Shown here in pieces: positions 30,040-40,197 of a stretch of 64,000 nt of DNA (the stretch's first letter is position 1; every line of letters begins with the position of its first letter). The position numbers and the translations under genes were made by a program. The stretch is from Candidatus Kapaibacterium sp. (GTDB lineage: Bacteria; Bacteroidota; Ignavibacteria; Kapaibacteriales; UBA2268), in assembly GCA_963665665.1 (NCBI GenBank), contig OY762428.1, positions 3,013,200-3,077,199 of the forward strand. Direction: 5' to 3'. The notes below the pieces were generated by a model. It did no database searches and had not been told where the DNA came from. It saw only the letters and a program-made list of their open reading frames with translations.

Positions 30040-30297
30040 TTAAGTTGCCCCGTTTCCTAAAGAACAAGGAGTGTTAACTGATACTCCTGCAGAACATGCG
30101 GCAATAGTTGTATATTTTGCGTTTCCGTCATTAAAGATTTGATCAACATTTGTAACTCAGGAACCGAAGTTGCAATAAGCAGATGCATTATTTCCACCTG
30201 CACATTTGTTTCCGATTTATGCTGCTTCGGACCCATTAACACATAATTGCCCGGAATTTTCATTAAGTACTCTGATCATTAATTTTCTGTACTTCAT
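30040..30297 (-). pseudogene. Frameshifted orphan paralog of the RiPP precursor peptide family (MKYRKLMIRVLNENSGQLCVNGSEAA / ..CAGGNNASAYCNFGS / ..CSAGVSVNTPCSLGNGAT)
   Basis: Strong SD (aaaggagataga) before the ATG at 30297. The leader resembles the precursors at 42839, 44828 and 49557. C-x-x-G motifs continue in two other frames, so at least two frameshifts. Confidence 0.55.
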
Positions 30298-30963
30298 ATC
30301 TATCTCCTTTCCGAGTAATAATATAATGAAAATTATTTTAATTTAATATGATATAATTGCTCTTTCAAATAATATTTTTCTGAAAAAAATGAATAATATT
30401 TGGTAACATAATCATGTGTATTTTGTTAGCTTACTTGTAATTATTACAACTACACCCTGTGTATTGATTCCGTGATAATATTTTCATGCTTTGTACTATT
30501 TTCTTTATGAATTAAAATCCGTTTTTTTGCAATGTAGTTTGTAGGGATTTAATTGGAAATAAGATGATGGCTTTTGTCGGAAGTCAGGTTTAATTGTACA
30601 GTTTTTACAACTTTCCATCTAAGCCTGAAATACTCCGATTAAGTTAAAAGCGAACACCAGCCGGCAAAGGTCGTCTGAATATTTCGAAGCCCGAAAGATT
30701 GTAAAATTTTTTGGGCTTTTTTAATTTCTTTATTCGTATTGGATTATACCGATCCTTCCATTCTATTGTAAAAAAAATTTTCTGCTAATTGTAACATTTG
30801 CAAATTCCTGTTGTTATTATAGCAGTCGCTTGGACAAAAAGCGTCAATCCCTATCAAACTCAAGATTGACAATTTTGGCGTAAATAATTATTTATATTTA
30901 TGAACATTTATTAATGTTAATATTATATACATTATTTTTTTTTACTTTATTGGGGTAAAATTA

Positions 30964-33900
30964 ATGGTTTCTACAAAATTTCTCAGAAGTTTAATGGCGA
31001 TAGCAATTTTTGCAGTTATTGCCATTAGCGGCGCAAAAGCACAGCTTTTAACCGATTATACGGTTAGTGAGTATGACGGTGTTTACACACCGATTTCCGG
31101 TATCGGTGCCGGAAATGGTGATGACCGTTCTTATCGTATTGATCTACCATTTATTTTTAATTTTGATGAACAGGAAATAACCTGGGTACAGGTTGGTACT
31201 AACGGGTGGATGTCCCTGAACAAAAGTTACGGTACATGGTATCCTGCTTCCCCTACAACATCAACCAATACAATTGGTTTCTATTCAGCTGACCTTTACA
31301 CAGTTGGCATGATAGAATATGAGGTACAGGGCTCAGCTCCGAATCGCGTAATGGTTATCCAGTGGAGAAATCAAAACAACTACTCTCCAAGGGTTCATTT
31401 GTGTGATTGGCAGATAAAACTCTACGAAACAACAGGCAGATTTGATATTATTTGGGGTAGTCCTTCAGCTGCTATGGGCGACAGGACTGGTGGCTTCTTT
31501 GTTACCGGCGGTTCAACAACGCGCTATATTAACATTCAGCCGGGAAATCCTTCAACATTCTATTATAGTAATGTTAATCCTAATACCACACAATGGATGA
31601 GGAATCCTTACGCTGATAATATCCATGTAGGTAAGACATATTCATTTACAACATATCCTGCACTGATGGGTGCTTTTCCTGCACAGGATGCTATCCTTCG
31701 CAGGGGAACAATCGTAAATGATGAAAACAAACCCGGCGTTGTTATGGAAAACAACGAGATGGACGGGGTTTATATCAATTATTCAATTGAAGGCCCTTTG
31801 CCTGCAAGCAACCCGCAGTACAGAACAGTTTATACAGCAACAGTTGAAGGCGATGATACTGACTTTGACGTACCTGTTTATAATAATGGCAGAACTAATT
31901 TCACGCATGCCACAGGTTTTGTAGCAAGAACAACACCTGACAATAACGGTGATCTTGATCTTCTGACAAATGAACTGAATATTCCAGGTGGTACTTATAA
32001 AGTAAGAGCACAGATGAGCATTCCTGAAGTTGGCTTTACACAGGAACTTGCAGACCAGACATTTATTATTGCTCTTGAAAATGACCTTGCAATCAACAGG
32101 ATAATTTCTCCAAAACCTAAAGACGAAAAGAAATATCCACTTTCAACAGGACGCATCCGCGTGCAGTGCAGAGTTCAGAATTACGGTATCAATGATGTTA
32201 CTGCATTCGGCGCTGTAGCAAGAATTTATAAAGATGACGAACAGGTTTATGAACAGGAAGTAGAATGGACATCAACAGACCCTATGAGCACAGGTGAATA
32301 TGTTGATGTAAACTTTCCCGATTACCGTCCGTTCGAAACAGGCGATTTCGATATAGTTTTTGAAGTAACAATGGTAGGCGTATTAGACAGAGAGCTTTCT
32401 AATAACCGCTGGCCTAAAACAGGCGACCATTACTGGTTCGAAGTTGCTCACGAAATAGAAGCAGAAGCATTGGATATTATTGAACCTGCTGGTGAAGTAT
32501 TCGTTGGCCGACCGGTTAAACCTCTGGCAAAATTCCAGAACAACGGTGTATCTGATATTTCTGACATCGACGCTGAAATGGTTATTACTAATTCAGACGG
32601 CGATGTTGTTTACAGAAGCCCGATTATCATTCAGGATATCCCCCAGGGAAGGTCAAACAAAGTAATAGCTGACTTTGATGATTTCGTTCCCCCGGCAGCA
32701 GGCGAATATACAGCATGTATTACAATTACATCTGACGACGACCCTGTAACAGACAACAATTCGATATGCGAAGATTTCTCGGTTGTTGAAGCCCTCAGCG
32801 GAATTTATACAATTGGTACTCTCAATGAAGGTAATGTCAGGAACTTCCTTACATTTGAAAGAGCACTTGATCAGCTCTATCGTCGCGGTATGACTGGCCC
32901 TGTAACATTCGAGCTTACAGATGCCGTTTATAATATCGGTTCACTTGATTATACTAATCAGCCCGCAATCGACATGAGCTCTACAATTGTCGGCCTCAGT
33001 GAAGACCAGCCGATCATGTTTAAACCTTCAAGGCAGCGTGCCGTTTACCGTGCAGGTGTTAAAATCAACATGGTATCCGCAAACGGTATTGGTATTTACA
33101 TGGGACAGAACATGGAACCCAGTAATCCAAACGCACCTGTGCATATAGTTAGATCAAGTAATAAGAAAAACTATTCCAACTTCCCGGGATTTGTAACATT
33201 TGACGGCGGTGCTAACAAAGCATTCCAGTTCTCTATCGACAGTGATGAAGATTTCAGGACTGTATTCTACCTGGCACAGGGTGCTTCAAACGTTACTATC
33301 AAGAACTGTATCATCAGGGGTGATTATAACACTACACCTTCATTTAATGCAGACCTTCCGAAGATGGTATTCAACTCTGCACAGAGCCAGTTCCTTTATG
33401 AAGATGATATTCGCTCTGCCGAAACATACAGTGCAGGTATCCTGCTCAGGAGTACTCCTCCGACAACAAAAGAAACAGCCAACCTGAACGCACTTGATTC
33501 ACTGTTCAACCAGAACAACGTAATCGAGAACAACGAGATCACAGGCTTTGGTTATGGTATAGCATCAATGGGTATGGGCGTACTGTTCAAACAGGAAGCC
33601 AACAACTTCGTAAAATACTACAACATGAATAACGAGTATAAAGACAATGTTATCCATAATGTAAGCCGCGCAGCTATTTTCCTTGGTTCCGAGCAGAACT
33701 CAACGATCAAAAACAACAGGATATATGAAATCAACGGCGTAAGCGGCATGGACGCAGCCGGCATTATCCTTGGCGGCGACGCAGAACGCGACTGGTTCGG
33801 TTACAACGTAATCGACATCACAGTTGACGGCAACGAAATAAGCGAAATCGACGGCGACTACGAGATCCGCGGAATCAAAGTATCCCAGGATCCTATCGTA

Positions 33901-36501
33901 ATGCAGGCACCGGGCGGCGGACTTTCCTTCTATCCTGACAGGGCAGAAACAGTTGTAATCAAGAACAACGTTATCCGCAACTTAAATCCTGAAAATGCAG
34001 ACGTGAAACGCTGCGGTATCCAGCTTTCAACACAGCGTGCAGGCATTGCAGACGAATACATGAATATACTTACACCTGCAAGGAAAGATTATCTTTCACG
34101 CAACGACATAATAGCAAACAATACTATCATCATCACAGATGACGCTGTTGACAACGTAGGCGCAACAGCAGGTATCATGCTTCAGCAGGTAGACGGCGCA
34201 GTTCTCAAGAACAATGCAATCGCCTTTGAAGACGAAGAATTTGCAGACAATGCATACACAACAACAGCAATCCTGCTCCAGAGCGAATGGCCTGAATGGG
34301 GTGCAGTAACATCCGACAGGAACGCCTTCGACATGGGCAATGCCAATGCAGACCTGATCCGCTTCATCCACATGGACGAAGACCAGAACGTAATAGAATA
34401 CGGCCAGACAGGTGAATTTGCAAACATAGCACAGTGGCAGGTATGGACAAAACAGGATGAGAACTCCGTAGTAGGCGAGTTCATAGGCGACCTTGACTAT
34501 ACAGGCAACTATCCCTACCAGCTTCGCGTTGTATCGGATCCTTATCCTCTTGGATGTATCCTTAACAACCGCGGCGGCGAAGTAACAGAAGTAGAATATG
34601 ACATCGACGGCAACCTTCGCGGAGCAGCAGGCCAGCGTTACGACATCGGCGCCTTTGAATTCTCAGGCCGCATGTATGTAAGTGACGTTGAAATGCTTAA
34701 CGTACCGACACCGGGCGCATACAGGGCCGGCATGGGTACATTCAGCGATGCAGAATACATAATGACAGAAGCCCCGACAAACATCGTGGCAAGCCTGAGG
34801 AATAACGGAACACTTCAGCAGTCAAACATCAATGTATATGCAAAGATCTATCGCGAACAGCCTGACGGATCATTCTCTGATACAGTAGAAATAGAAACAA
34901 CAGTAAAAACAAGCATTCCAACAACAGAATCAGTTAACGTTGACTTCCTTCTTGATGACCAGGACGGCGTAGACTTCTATCCTCAGTCATATTCAGAACT
35001 TGGCTTCTACAATGTACCTGATCATTTTGCAGGTATGGAATCCAATGTAACACCACGCTACAGGATAGTAATCTCTGTAGAATCAGACCAGTATAACTCT
35101 AATAATGTTATCGACAAAGTTGTACGTTTCTATGTTAAACGTTCATCACTCGGCCTTCTGGCATCAGCCAGGGATATTGCCACAGAAATCTACTGGGGCG
35201 AACCGACAACAGACGAGATAGCCGGTAAGCTGAACCTTGACAGCCTTCGTGAAGGCCTCCGCAAAGTCGGCTGGGTATCAGACCTTGGCGAAGGACAGTA
35301 TGATATAGACCTGTTCAACAGGCTCGGCTGGGAACCCAGGTCAGTAAACTACACAATGTACAAAACACTTCTCTGGTCAGACGGTGATGAAAACACAATG
35401 AGCAGATACGAGAAGATGGACATTGAAAGCTTCCTTGAAGGCGGCATGCAGAATGATAAGAAAAACCTTGTAATCGGTTCACAGGAACTTGTACGCCAGC
35501 TTGGAGGCAACGCATCCTCACTTGATTATGATCCTGACTTCCTTGATGAAGTATTCAGGGCCGAATACGTAACACCGGGCAACCCGATGGGCGCCGGCGT
35601 TAGCAACAGCGGCAATACTGCAATCGGTATCTCGGTAGGAACAAACCTTGAAAATGCTATCGTGGCTACAAGCTATGAATTTGCAGAAGATGAAGATCCT
35701 TACTGCTCACTGATGAAAGTAACACAAAACGGTGAAGGCCTTGCAAGGCCGGCATATTACTATACAACACATACAGCCACACCTTCGGACAGCACACTCG
35801 GCGTGGCAGTAACATCCCTAAGCAAGAACATCGTGACACTTGGCGTTGACTGGCGTCACTGGGCAGACATGGAAGACGTTCTTCGCCAGGTACTTGACTT
35901 CCTGGATCAGAACGGCGGCTCGGTAGTACCGGTAGAACTTACAAGCTTCGATGCCATAGCAGCAGGCCAGAGGGTTGACCTAAGCTGGGAAACAGCAAGT
36001 GAATACAAATCCTCACACTTCGAGATAGAAAAAGCAGAAGTAAGCCAGGCAGGCATGGGTTCATTCATGCAGATCGGACGTATGAAAGCAGCCGGAACAA
36101 GCAGCTATGCCACACAGTACGGCCCTGTAGTTGACTATGATGTAAACTATGGCAATACTTACGCATACCGCCTGAAAATGGTTGACATTGACGGAAGCTA
36201 CGACTACAGCGATGAAGAAGTAGTAACAATCGGTGGAAATGAAATGATCTCTCTCGGCCAGGCATATCCGAACCCGAGTAAAGAATCAGCTAAGTTCGAA
36301 CTTACAACCGGCAACGATGTAAATGTAAGCATCGATCTTTATGACATGAGCGGCAAGCTTGTACGCAACGTACTCAGCGAAACAACAAGCGGCACAGTAA
36401 CAGTTGAAGTGGATACCCGCGACCTTACAAGCGGCAGCTACACACTTGTTCTTCGCAGCGGCTCAACAATCATCAACAGGACAGTACGCGTTGTTAAGTA
36501 A
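30964..36501 (+). CDS. Giant (1845 aa) secreted right-handed beta-helix protein with C-terminal T9SS sorting domain
   Basis: Signal peptide. Iterated NN.I.NN.I.G beta-helix repeats (NNVIENNEITG, KNNRIYEING, KNNVIRN, ANNTIIITDD). C-terminal approx 80-aa Por_Secre_tail-like domain (YPNPS...VLRSGSTIINRTVRVVK). Confidence 0.6.
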   Translation: MVSTKFLRSLMAIAIFAVIAISGAKAQLLTDYTVSEYDGVYTPISGIGAGNGDDRSYRIDLPFIFNFDEQEITWVQVGTNGWMSLNKSYGTWYPASPTTSTNTIGFYSADLYTVGMIEYEVQGSAPNRVMVIQWRNQNNYSPRVHLCDWQIKLYETTGRFDIIWGSPSAAMGDRTGGFFVTGGSTTRYINIQPGNPSTFYYSNVNPNTTQWMRNPYADNIHVGKTYSFTTYPALMGAFPAQDAILRRGTIVNDENKPGVVMENNEMDGVYINYSIEGPLPASNPQYRTVYTATVEGDDTDFDVPVYNNGRTNFTHATGFVARTTPDNNGDLDLLTNELNIPGGTYKVRAQMSIPEVGFTQELADQTFIIALENDLAINRIISPKPKDEKKYPLSTGRIRVQCRVQNYGINDVTAFGAVARIYKDDEQVYEQEVEWTSTDPMSTGEYVDVNFPDYRPFETGDFDIVFEVTMVGVLDRELSNNRWPKTGDHYWFEVAHEIEAEALDIIEPAGEVFVGRPVKPLAKFQNNGVSDISDIDAEMVITNSDGDVVYRSPIIIQDIPQGRSNKVIADFDDFVPPAAGEYTACITITSDDDPVTDNNSICEDFSVVEALSGIYTIGTLNEGNVRNFLTFERALDQLYRRGMTGPVTFELTDAVYNIGSLDYTNQPAIDMSSTIVGLSEDQPIMFKPSRQRAVYRAGVKINMVSANGIGIYMGQNMEPSNPNAPVHIVRSSNKKNYSNFPGFVTFDGGANKAFQFSIDSDEDFRTVFYLAQGASNVTIKNCIIRGDYNTTPSFNADLPKMVFNSAQSQFLYEDDIRSAETYSAGILLRSTPPTTKETANLNALDSLFNQNNVIENNEITGFGYGIASMGMGVLFKQEANNFVKYYNMNNEYKDNVIHNVSRAAIFLGSEQNSTIKNNRIYEINGVSGMDAAGIILGGDAERDWFGYNVIDITVDGNEISEIDGDYEIRGIKVSQDPIVMQAPGGGLSFYPDRAETVVIKNNVIRNLNPENADVKRCGIQLSTQRAGIADEYMNILTPARKDYLSRNDIIANNTIIITDDAVDNVGATAGIMLQQVDGAVLKNNAIAFEDEEFADNAYTTTAILLQSEWPEWGAVTSDRNAFDMGNANADLIRFIHMDEDQNVIEYGQTGEFANIAQWQVWTKQDENSVVGEFIGDLDYTGNYPYQLRVVSDPYPLGCILNNRGGEVTEVEYDIDGNLRGAAGQRYDIGAFEFSGRMYVSDVEMLNVPTPGAYRAGMGTFSDAEYIMTEAPTNIVASLRNNGTLQQSNINVYAKIYREQPDGSFSDTVEIETTVKTSIPTTESVNVDFLLDDQDGVDFYPQSYSELGFYNVPDHFAGMESNVTPRYRIVISVESDQYNSNNVIDKVVRFYVKRSSLGLLASARDIATEIYWGEPTTDEIAGKLNLDSLREGLRKVGWVSDLGEGQYDIDLFNRLGWEPRSVNYTMYKTLLWSDGDENTMSRYEKMDIESFLEGGMQNDKKNLVIGSQELVRQLGGNASSLDYDPDFLDEVFRAEYVTPGNPMGAGVSNSGNTAIGISVGTNLENAIVATSYEFAEDEDPYCSLMKVTQNGEGLARPAYYYTTHTATPSDSTLGVAVTSLSKNIVTLGVDWRHWADMEDVLRQVLDFLDQNGGSVVPVELTSFDAIAAGQRVDLSWETASEYKSSHFEIEKAEVSQAGMGSFMQIGRMKAAGTSSYATQYGPVVDYDVNYGNTYAYRLKMVDIDGSYDYSDEEVVTIGGNEMISLGQAYPNPSKESAKFELTTGNDVNVSIDLYDMSGKLVRNVLSETTSGTVTVEVDTRDLTSGSYTLVLRSGSTIINRTVRVVK

Positions 36502-36537
36502 TCAACCTTAACAGCTGAATATAATTCTTATAATTAA

Positions 36538-36575
36538 GAAAAGAACCCCGGGGCAAAGCCCCGGGGTTTTTTAAT
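36538..36575 (+). terminator. Rho-independent terminator after the giant T9SS gene
   Basis: gaaaagaaccccggggcaaagccccggggtttttta: 8-bp GC stem plus T-tract. Confidence 0.75.
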
Positions 36576-36723
36576 TTGAATAAGGATAAATATTTATGAA
36601 TATGCATTCTGATCTGTACACATCAACTTATATTGTGCAATATGCTGTATTCATTATCATCTTTAATTTTTATTACTGTTCAGCAAATATAATATTATTC
36701 TGTTTTTTTATAAATAAGGTTTC

Positions 36724-36866
36724 TACTCAGGTTGGTAAAATATATTGCTGTTATTGAAGAAAAATACAGAGAAATGTCATTCTGACCGAGCTAGCGAGGG
36801 AAGAATCCATCTTTTTCTTAAAGAATTATTGAAGAATGGATTCTTCGCTGGCGCTCAGAATGACCG
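36724..36866. repeat. Dispersed palindromic element copy D
   Basis: tactcag...gaaatgtcattctgaccgagctagcgagggaagaatccatc...ttgaagaatggattcttcgctggcgctcagaatgac. Confidence 0.6.
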
Positions 36867-36991
36867 CTTTATACAATTTTTCCAGATTTTCAAAGTTCAG
36901 CTGAATAGTAACAAAAAAGAATATGATTGCTGTGAAAGACTTAACTGTCTCTGGCTGTAAAAATAATTATTTTTGCAGGAAGGCGAATTTT

Positions 36992-37540
36992 CTATACTAT
37001 CTGAATTTTATCCGAAAAAGGAAAATAATCGGAGACGGGCGGAGTGAAAGCATATAAACTCAGGCTGGTTATATCGAAATTCTGTGTTATAAAATCCAAT
37101 ATGAAGTCTACTGTTTTATCCGGAGAAAATGAAGTGAAAATTTCTGAAACCTGTATAAGTATACAATTGTTTTTTTGGATAACTTCAAGTTTAGCGCCAA
37201 TCCTTTGAATCATATCAATTACATCTGCCGGACACAATGATGCACATAATCCGCAGCCTTCGCATGAGTATTCATCAACACAATAGCATAGGCCACGATT
37301 GTCGATTGCTGAATAATGACATTTTTCATAACATATATTGCAATGAAGGCATTCATCTCCGTTGATCATGGCAATTTCTTTACCCGGAATTTCATTGCTG
37401 CATTTTTTACCTGAAAATTGGACGGGATTATAAAAATCCAGGTTGACAATTATACCCCCACCTGATAAACATTCGGCTTTTATGAAATTATCGACATTTT
37501 CAGATGCGATATGTTGGAATCTCATCATTGACTTATGCAT
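36992..37540 (-). CDS. 4Fe-4S dicluster (ferredoxin-type) domain protein
   Basis: CLHCNICYEKC...CEGCGLCASLCP: two CxxCxxCxxxCP motifs. Confidence 0.5.
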   Translation of the reverse strand: MHKSMMRFQHIASENVDNFIKAECLSGGGIIVNLDFYNPVQFSGKKCSNEIPGKEIAMINGDECLHCNICYEKCHYSAIDNRGLCYCVDEYSCEGCGLCASLCPADVIDMIQRIGAKLEVIQKNNCILIQVSEIFTSFSPDKTVDFILDFITQNFDITSLSLYAFTPPVSDYFPFSDKIQIV

Positions 37541-38310
37541 CCCGGGCCGGTAAAAATTTCAAAAATATTTTTTGCCAAAGTATCGGAAGGTTCATTTGCA
37601 CTTAGTAATTTTGAAAACGAATCGATATTGATGTCCCGGCTGTGTTCATTCGTGGAAGATATCAATATCGATAATTTCTCGAAGCTTCTGTTAATCCTGT
37701 TCAACTCTTTAAGTATTGGTGGTATAAGCTTGTTAATCAGAAAAATACTGCCAATTGTTTTTGATGAAAGAAGAGCATATAATTCAGGGTGGTAATTAAA
37801 AACTATTATTGCATTTCCTTCAATGTTGTTTAAAATATTCCGGAGTTTATCTGACAATATTTTATAATTACTAATATTCTCGATTGTTTCGAATTCAAAT
37901 ACATTCAATTTATTTGTATTACAATATTTCTTTATTATTGCTTTTTTTCTGAAATCAGAATGTAGTGCTCCTTCAGGACATTTCTCGATGCACAATCCAC
38001 ATGATGTACATTTGTTGTAATCAATTGAATGAATGTTTTTATCTTTATCTGTCTTAATGGCTCCATATATGCAATCCTGCGAGCAGTTCCCGCACATAAT
38101 ACAAAGGTCGTGGTACAATTCAGGAGTGGGATATCGAATTGGGATAAGCTCATCGTCAAATAAAACATCTTTGTCCGGATAAATTATATCCGTACCAATA
38201 TAAATAATTGAGGAAATATCAGCTATACCATGCAGGGATTTAATCAATTCTCTTGCAGGCCTGACGGCATCTCTGGTATAGTTCAACGAAAAAATCATAT
38301 TATGTAGCAA
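37525..38310 (-). CDS. 4Fe-4S dicluster domain protein (possibly the upstream half of a gene split or fused with 36992..37540)
   Basis: CIMCGNCSQDC...CTSCGLCIEKCP; overlaps the downstream ORF by 16 nt. Confidence 0.5.
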   Translation of the reverse strand: MLHNMIFSLNYTRDAVRPARELIKSLHGIADISSIIYIGTDIIYPDKDVLFDDELIPIRYPTPELYHDLCIMCGNCSQDCIYGAIKTDKDKNIHSIDYNKCTSCGLCIEKCPEGALHSDFRKKAIIKKYCNTNKLNVFEFETIENISNYKILSDKLRNILNNIEGNAIIVFNYHPELYALLSSKTIGSIFLINKLIPPILKELNRINRSFEKLSILISSTNEHSRDINIDSFSKLLSANEPSDTLAKNIFEIFTGPGCISQ

Positions 38311-38330
38311 CTATTTAATAAAATATAGGA

Positions 38331-38543
38331 TTATTGATACTTTAAAGAAGTATTATGAAGGTCAATATCCATTACTGATTTTTTAAGTATTGTGCAAATA
38401 TACTTGCAATCACAATCTTTTGCCCGGTTATCCCGGCAAACACTTACTAAGGCATTCAGCACTTCCAATATTTTATCTTCAGTGATACCATCAAGCATCC
38501 TTTCGATATCAGAAAATTCCATTTCATTAATATTTGCTTTCAT
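38331..38543 (-). CDS. Small hypothetical protein (70 aa, Cys-containing)
   Basis: Complete ORF immediately upstream of the ferredoxin-domain pair; no recognisable motif. Confidence 0.3.
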   Translation of the reverse strand: MKANINEMEFSDIERMLDGITEDKILEVLNALVSVCRDNRAKDCDCKYICTILKKSVMDIDLHNTSLKYQ

Positions 38544-38650
38544 CGGACACCTCGAATATAGATTATAAAATCATCAATATATTGCAAAAGCAATGGTATT
38601 AATATATAATAAAAAAAATGAAAATTATTACAAATTCTATTGCACTTTTA

Positions 38651-38690
38651 AAAAAAGCCTCCTTGTAACCGGAGGCTTTTAAAAATAATA
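38651..38690 (-). terminator. Rho-independent terminator after LRR protein gene
   Basis: aaaaaaagcctccttgtaaccggaggctttt: stem gcctcc/ggaggc. Confidence 0.55.
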
Positions 38691-38699
38691 TGTTTAAGA

Positions 38700-40136
38700 T
38701 CAAAATGACAATTTAATGTTTGGCATTTTCTTGTGCAGCTTTTCCTTTTCTTCATCTGAAAAATCATTTTTCCTGAGTTTAAGAACTTTCAGTTGCGGCA
38801 ATGAAGTAATACCATCCGGAATTGTTTTCAACCTGTTGTTATCAAGATAAATAACAGATAAATTAGGAAGTTTACTTATTTCAGGGGCAACAGTTTCAAT
38901 AATATTTTGAGTCATTTTTAATGTTTTCAAATTTGGAAGGGTAGAAATAGCTGATGGCAGTTCTTTCAACTTGTTACCCGAAAGGTCCAGCATTTCCAAA
39001 TTTTTCAGGGAGGAAATTTTTGGGTTTATCTGTGAAATTTCATTAGTCCTGGCATTAAGCATATTAAGATTTTTTAGCAGAAATATTTCATCCGGGAGAT
39101 TACTTAAATTATTTTTTGATATGTTTATTCGTATCAGCGAACTTATTTTGGAAATTCCCTTTGGTATAATGCCGTCTTTCATATCAGCTACATCCATGTC
39201 TCTTAATGATTTGAGATTTCCAATGTTTTCAGGCAGGGTTTTAATCGATGTCTGGGAAATATTCAAGTTTTTCAGAGTTGAAATATTTCCGAATTCTTTC
39301 GGAAGTGTTTCAATAGGGTTCGAACTGATATCTATAATAGAAAGATTCTTGCATTTGGCAATATTACCGGAAATACTTTCGATTTCATTTTTGCTCAGAT
39401 TCAGGTTTGCCAATCCCTGAATATCAGATATTTGATCAGGAACTTCATGGACATTATTTTTTTCCATGTCGAGTGTTCGCAGGCTGCTCATCTTGTAGCA
39501 TGCACCGGGAATACTGTCGAAATTGTTATTTTCAATTTTCAATGATGACAGATTCTGTAAAGATGCCATAGATTGGGGGATATCCGACAATTCATTTTTT
39601 GCAAGTTTAAGCTCTTTCAATGCAGTGATTTTTGAAATATCGGGATTAATATCTTTAATCGCATTTTTTTCAAAATCAATTTTTTCAAGCCACGGCATTT
39701 TGGTTAAAACTTCAGGAAATTCAGAAAAATTATTTGAAGAAAGATCCAATATTTTTAAATTTTTCATACTGGCAAAATTTGCAGGGATCTTTGAAATATT
39801 ATTTTTTCCAAGGTCAAGTCTTTCAAGCTTAACAAATTTATCAATGAAATCAGGTATAGCTTCAATTTTTTTTCCTTTTAATTTAAGCCTTGTCAGGGTG
39901 GCTGCATCCTTAAGAGCATCTTCAAAACTATTATAATTTTTGCGAGCCATAGGGCCGTCTTTGCGCTTACTCCTGATAAGCTTACGTTGTTTTTTTCTTT
40001 CTTCCCTGTTTTGTTTTACTTTTTCTTTATAGTTTTTCAAAGAAGTAGCTTTTTGTTCCTGTCCGGCAAAAACATTATTAGTAAAAGTTCCTGCAAGAAG
40101 GGATAAAGCTGTCAACAATAATATAAGGGATTTCAT
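38700..40136 (-). CDS. Leucine-rich repeat (LRR) protein, secreted
   Basis: About 16 tandem 23-24-aa LxxLxLxxNxLxxLP units. Signal peptide begins at MKSLILLL (ATG 40136, with a GAGGA SD); the ORF-track start at 40223 is less likely. Confidence 0.75.
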   Translation of the reverse strand: MKSLILLLTALSLLAGTFTNNVFAGQEQKATSLKNYKEKVKQNREERKKQRKLIRSKRKDGPMARKNYNSFEDALKDAATLTRLKLKGKKIEAIPDFIDKFVKLERLDLGKNNISKIPANFASMKNLKILDLSSNNFSEFPEVLTKMPWLEKIDFEKNAIKDINPDISKITALKELKLAKNELSDIPQSMASLQNLSSLKIENNNFDSIPGACYKMSSLRTLDMEKNNVHEVPDQISDIQGLANLNLSKNEIESISGNIAKCKNLSIIDISSNPIETLPKEFGNISTLKNLNISQTSIKTLPENIGNLKSLRDMDVADMKDGIIPKGISKISSLIRINISKNNLSNLPDEIFLLKNLNMLNARTNEISQINPKISSLKNLEMLDLSGNKLKELPSAISTLPNLKTLKMTQNIIETVAPEISKLPNLSVIYLDNNRLKTIPDGITSLPQLKVLKLRKNDFSDEEKEKLHKKMPNIKLSF

Positions 40137-40197
40137 TTTAGTCCTCATCAAAATTAAAAGTAAGTTAAATAGATAACACATATTATACAATAATAAT

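Noticed and set aside
30057-30263. 68-aa minus-strand ORF from the ORF track taken at face value as a CDS
   Set aside because: Its translation has no features on its own. The region is better explained as a three-frame, frameshifted copy of the precursor-peptide family (see pseudogene 30040..30297).
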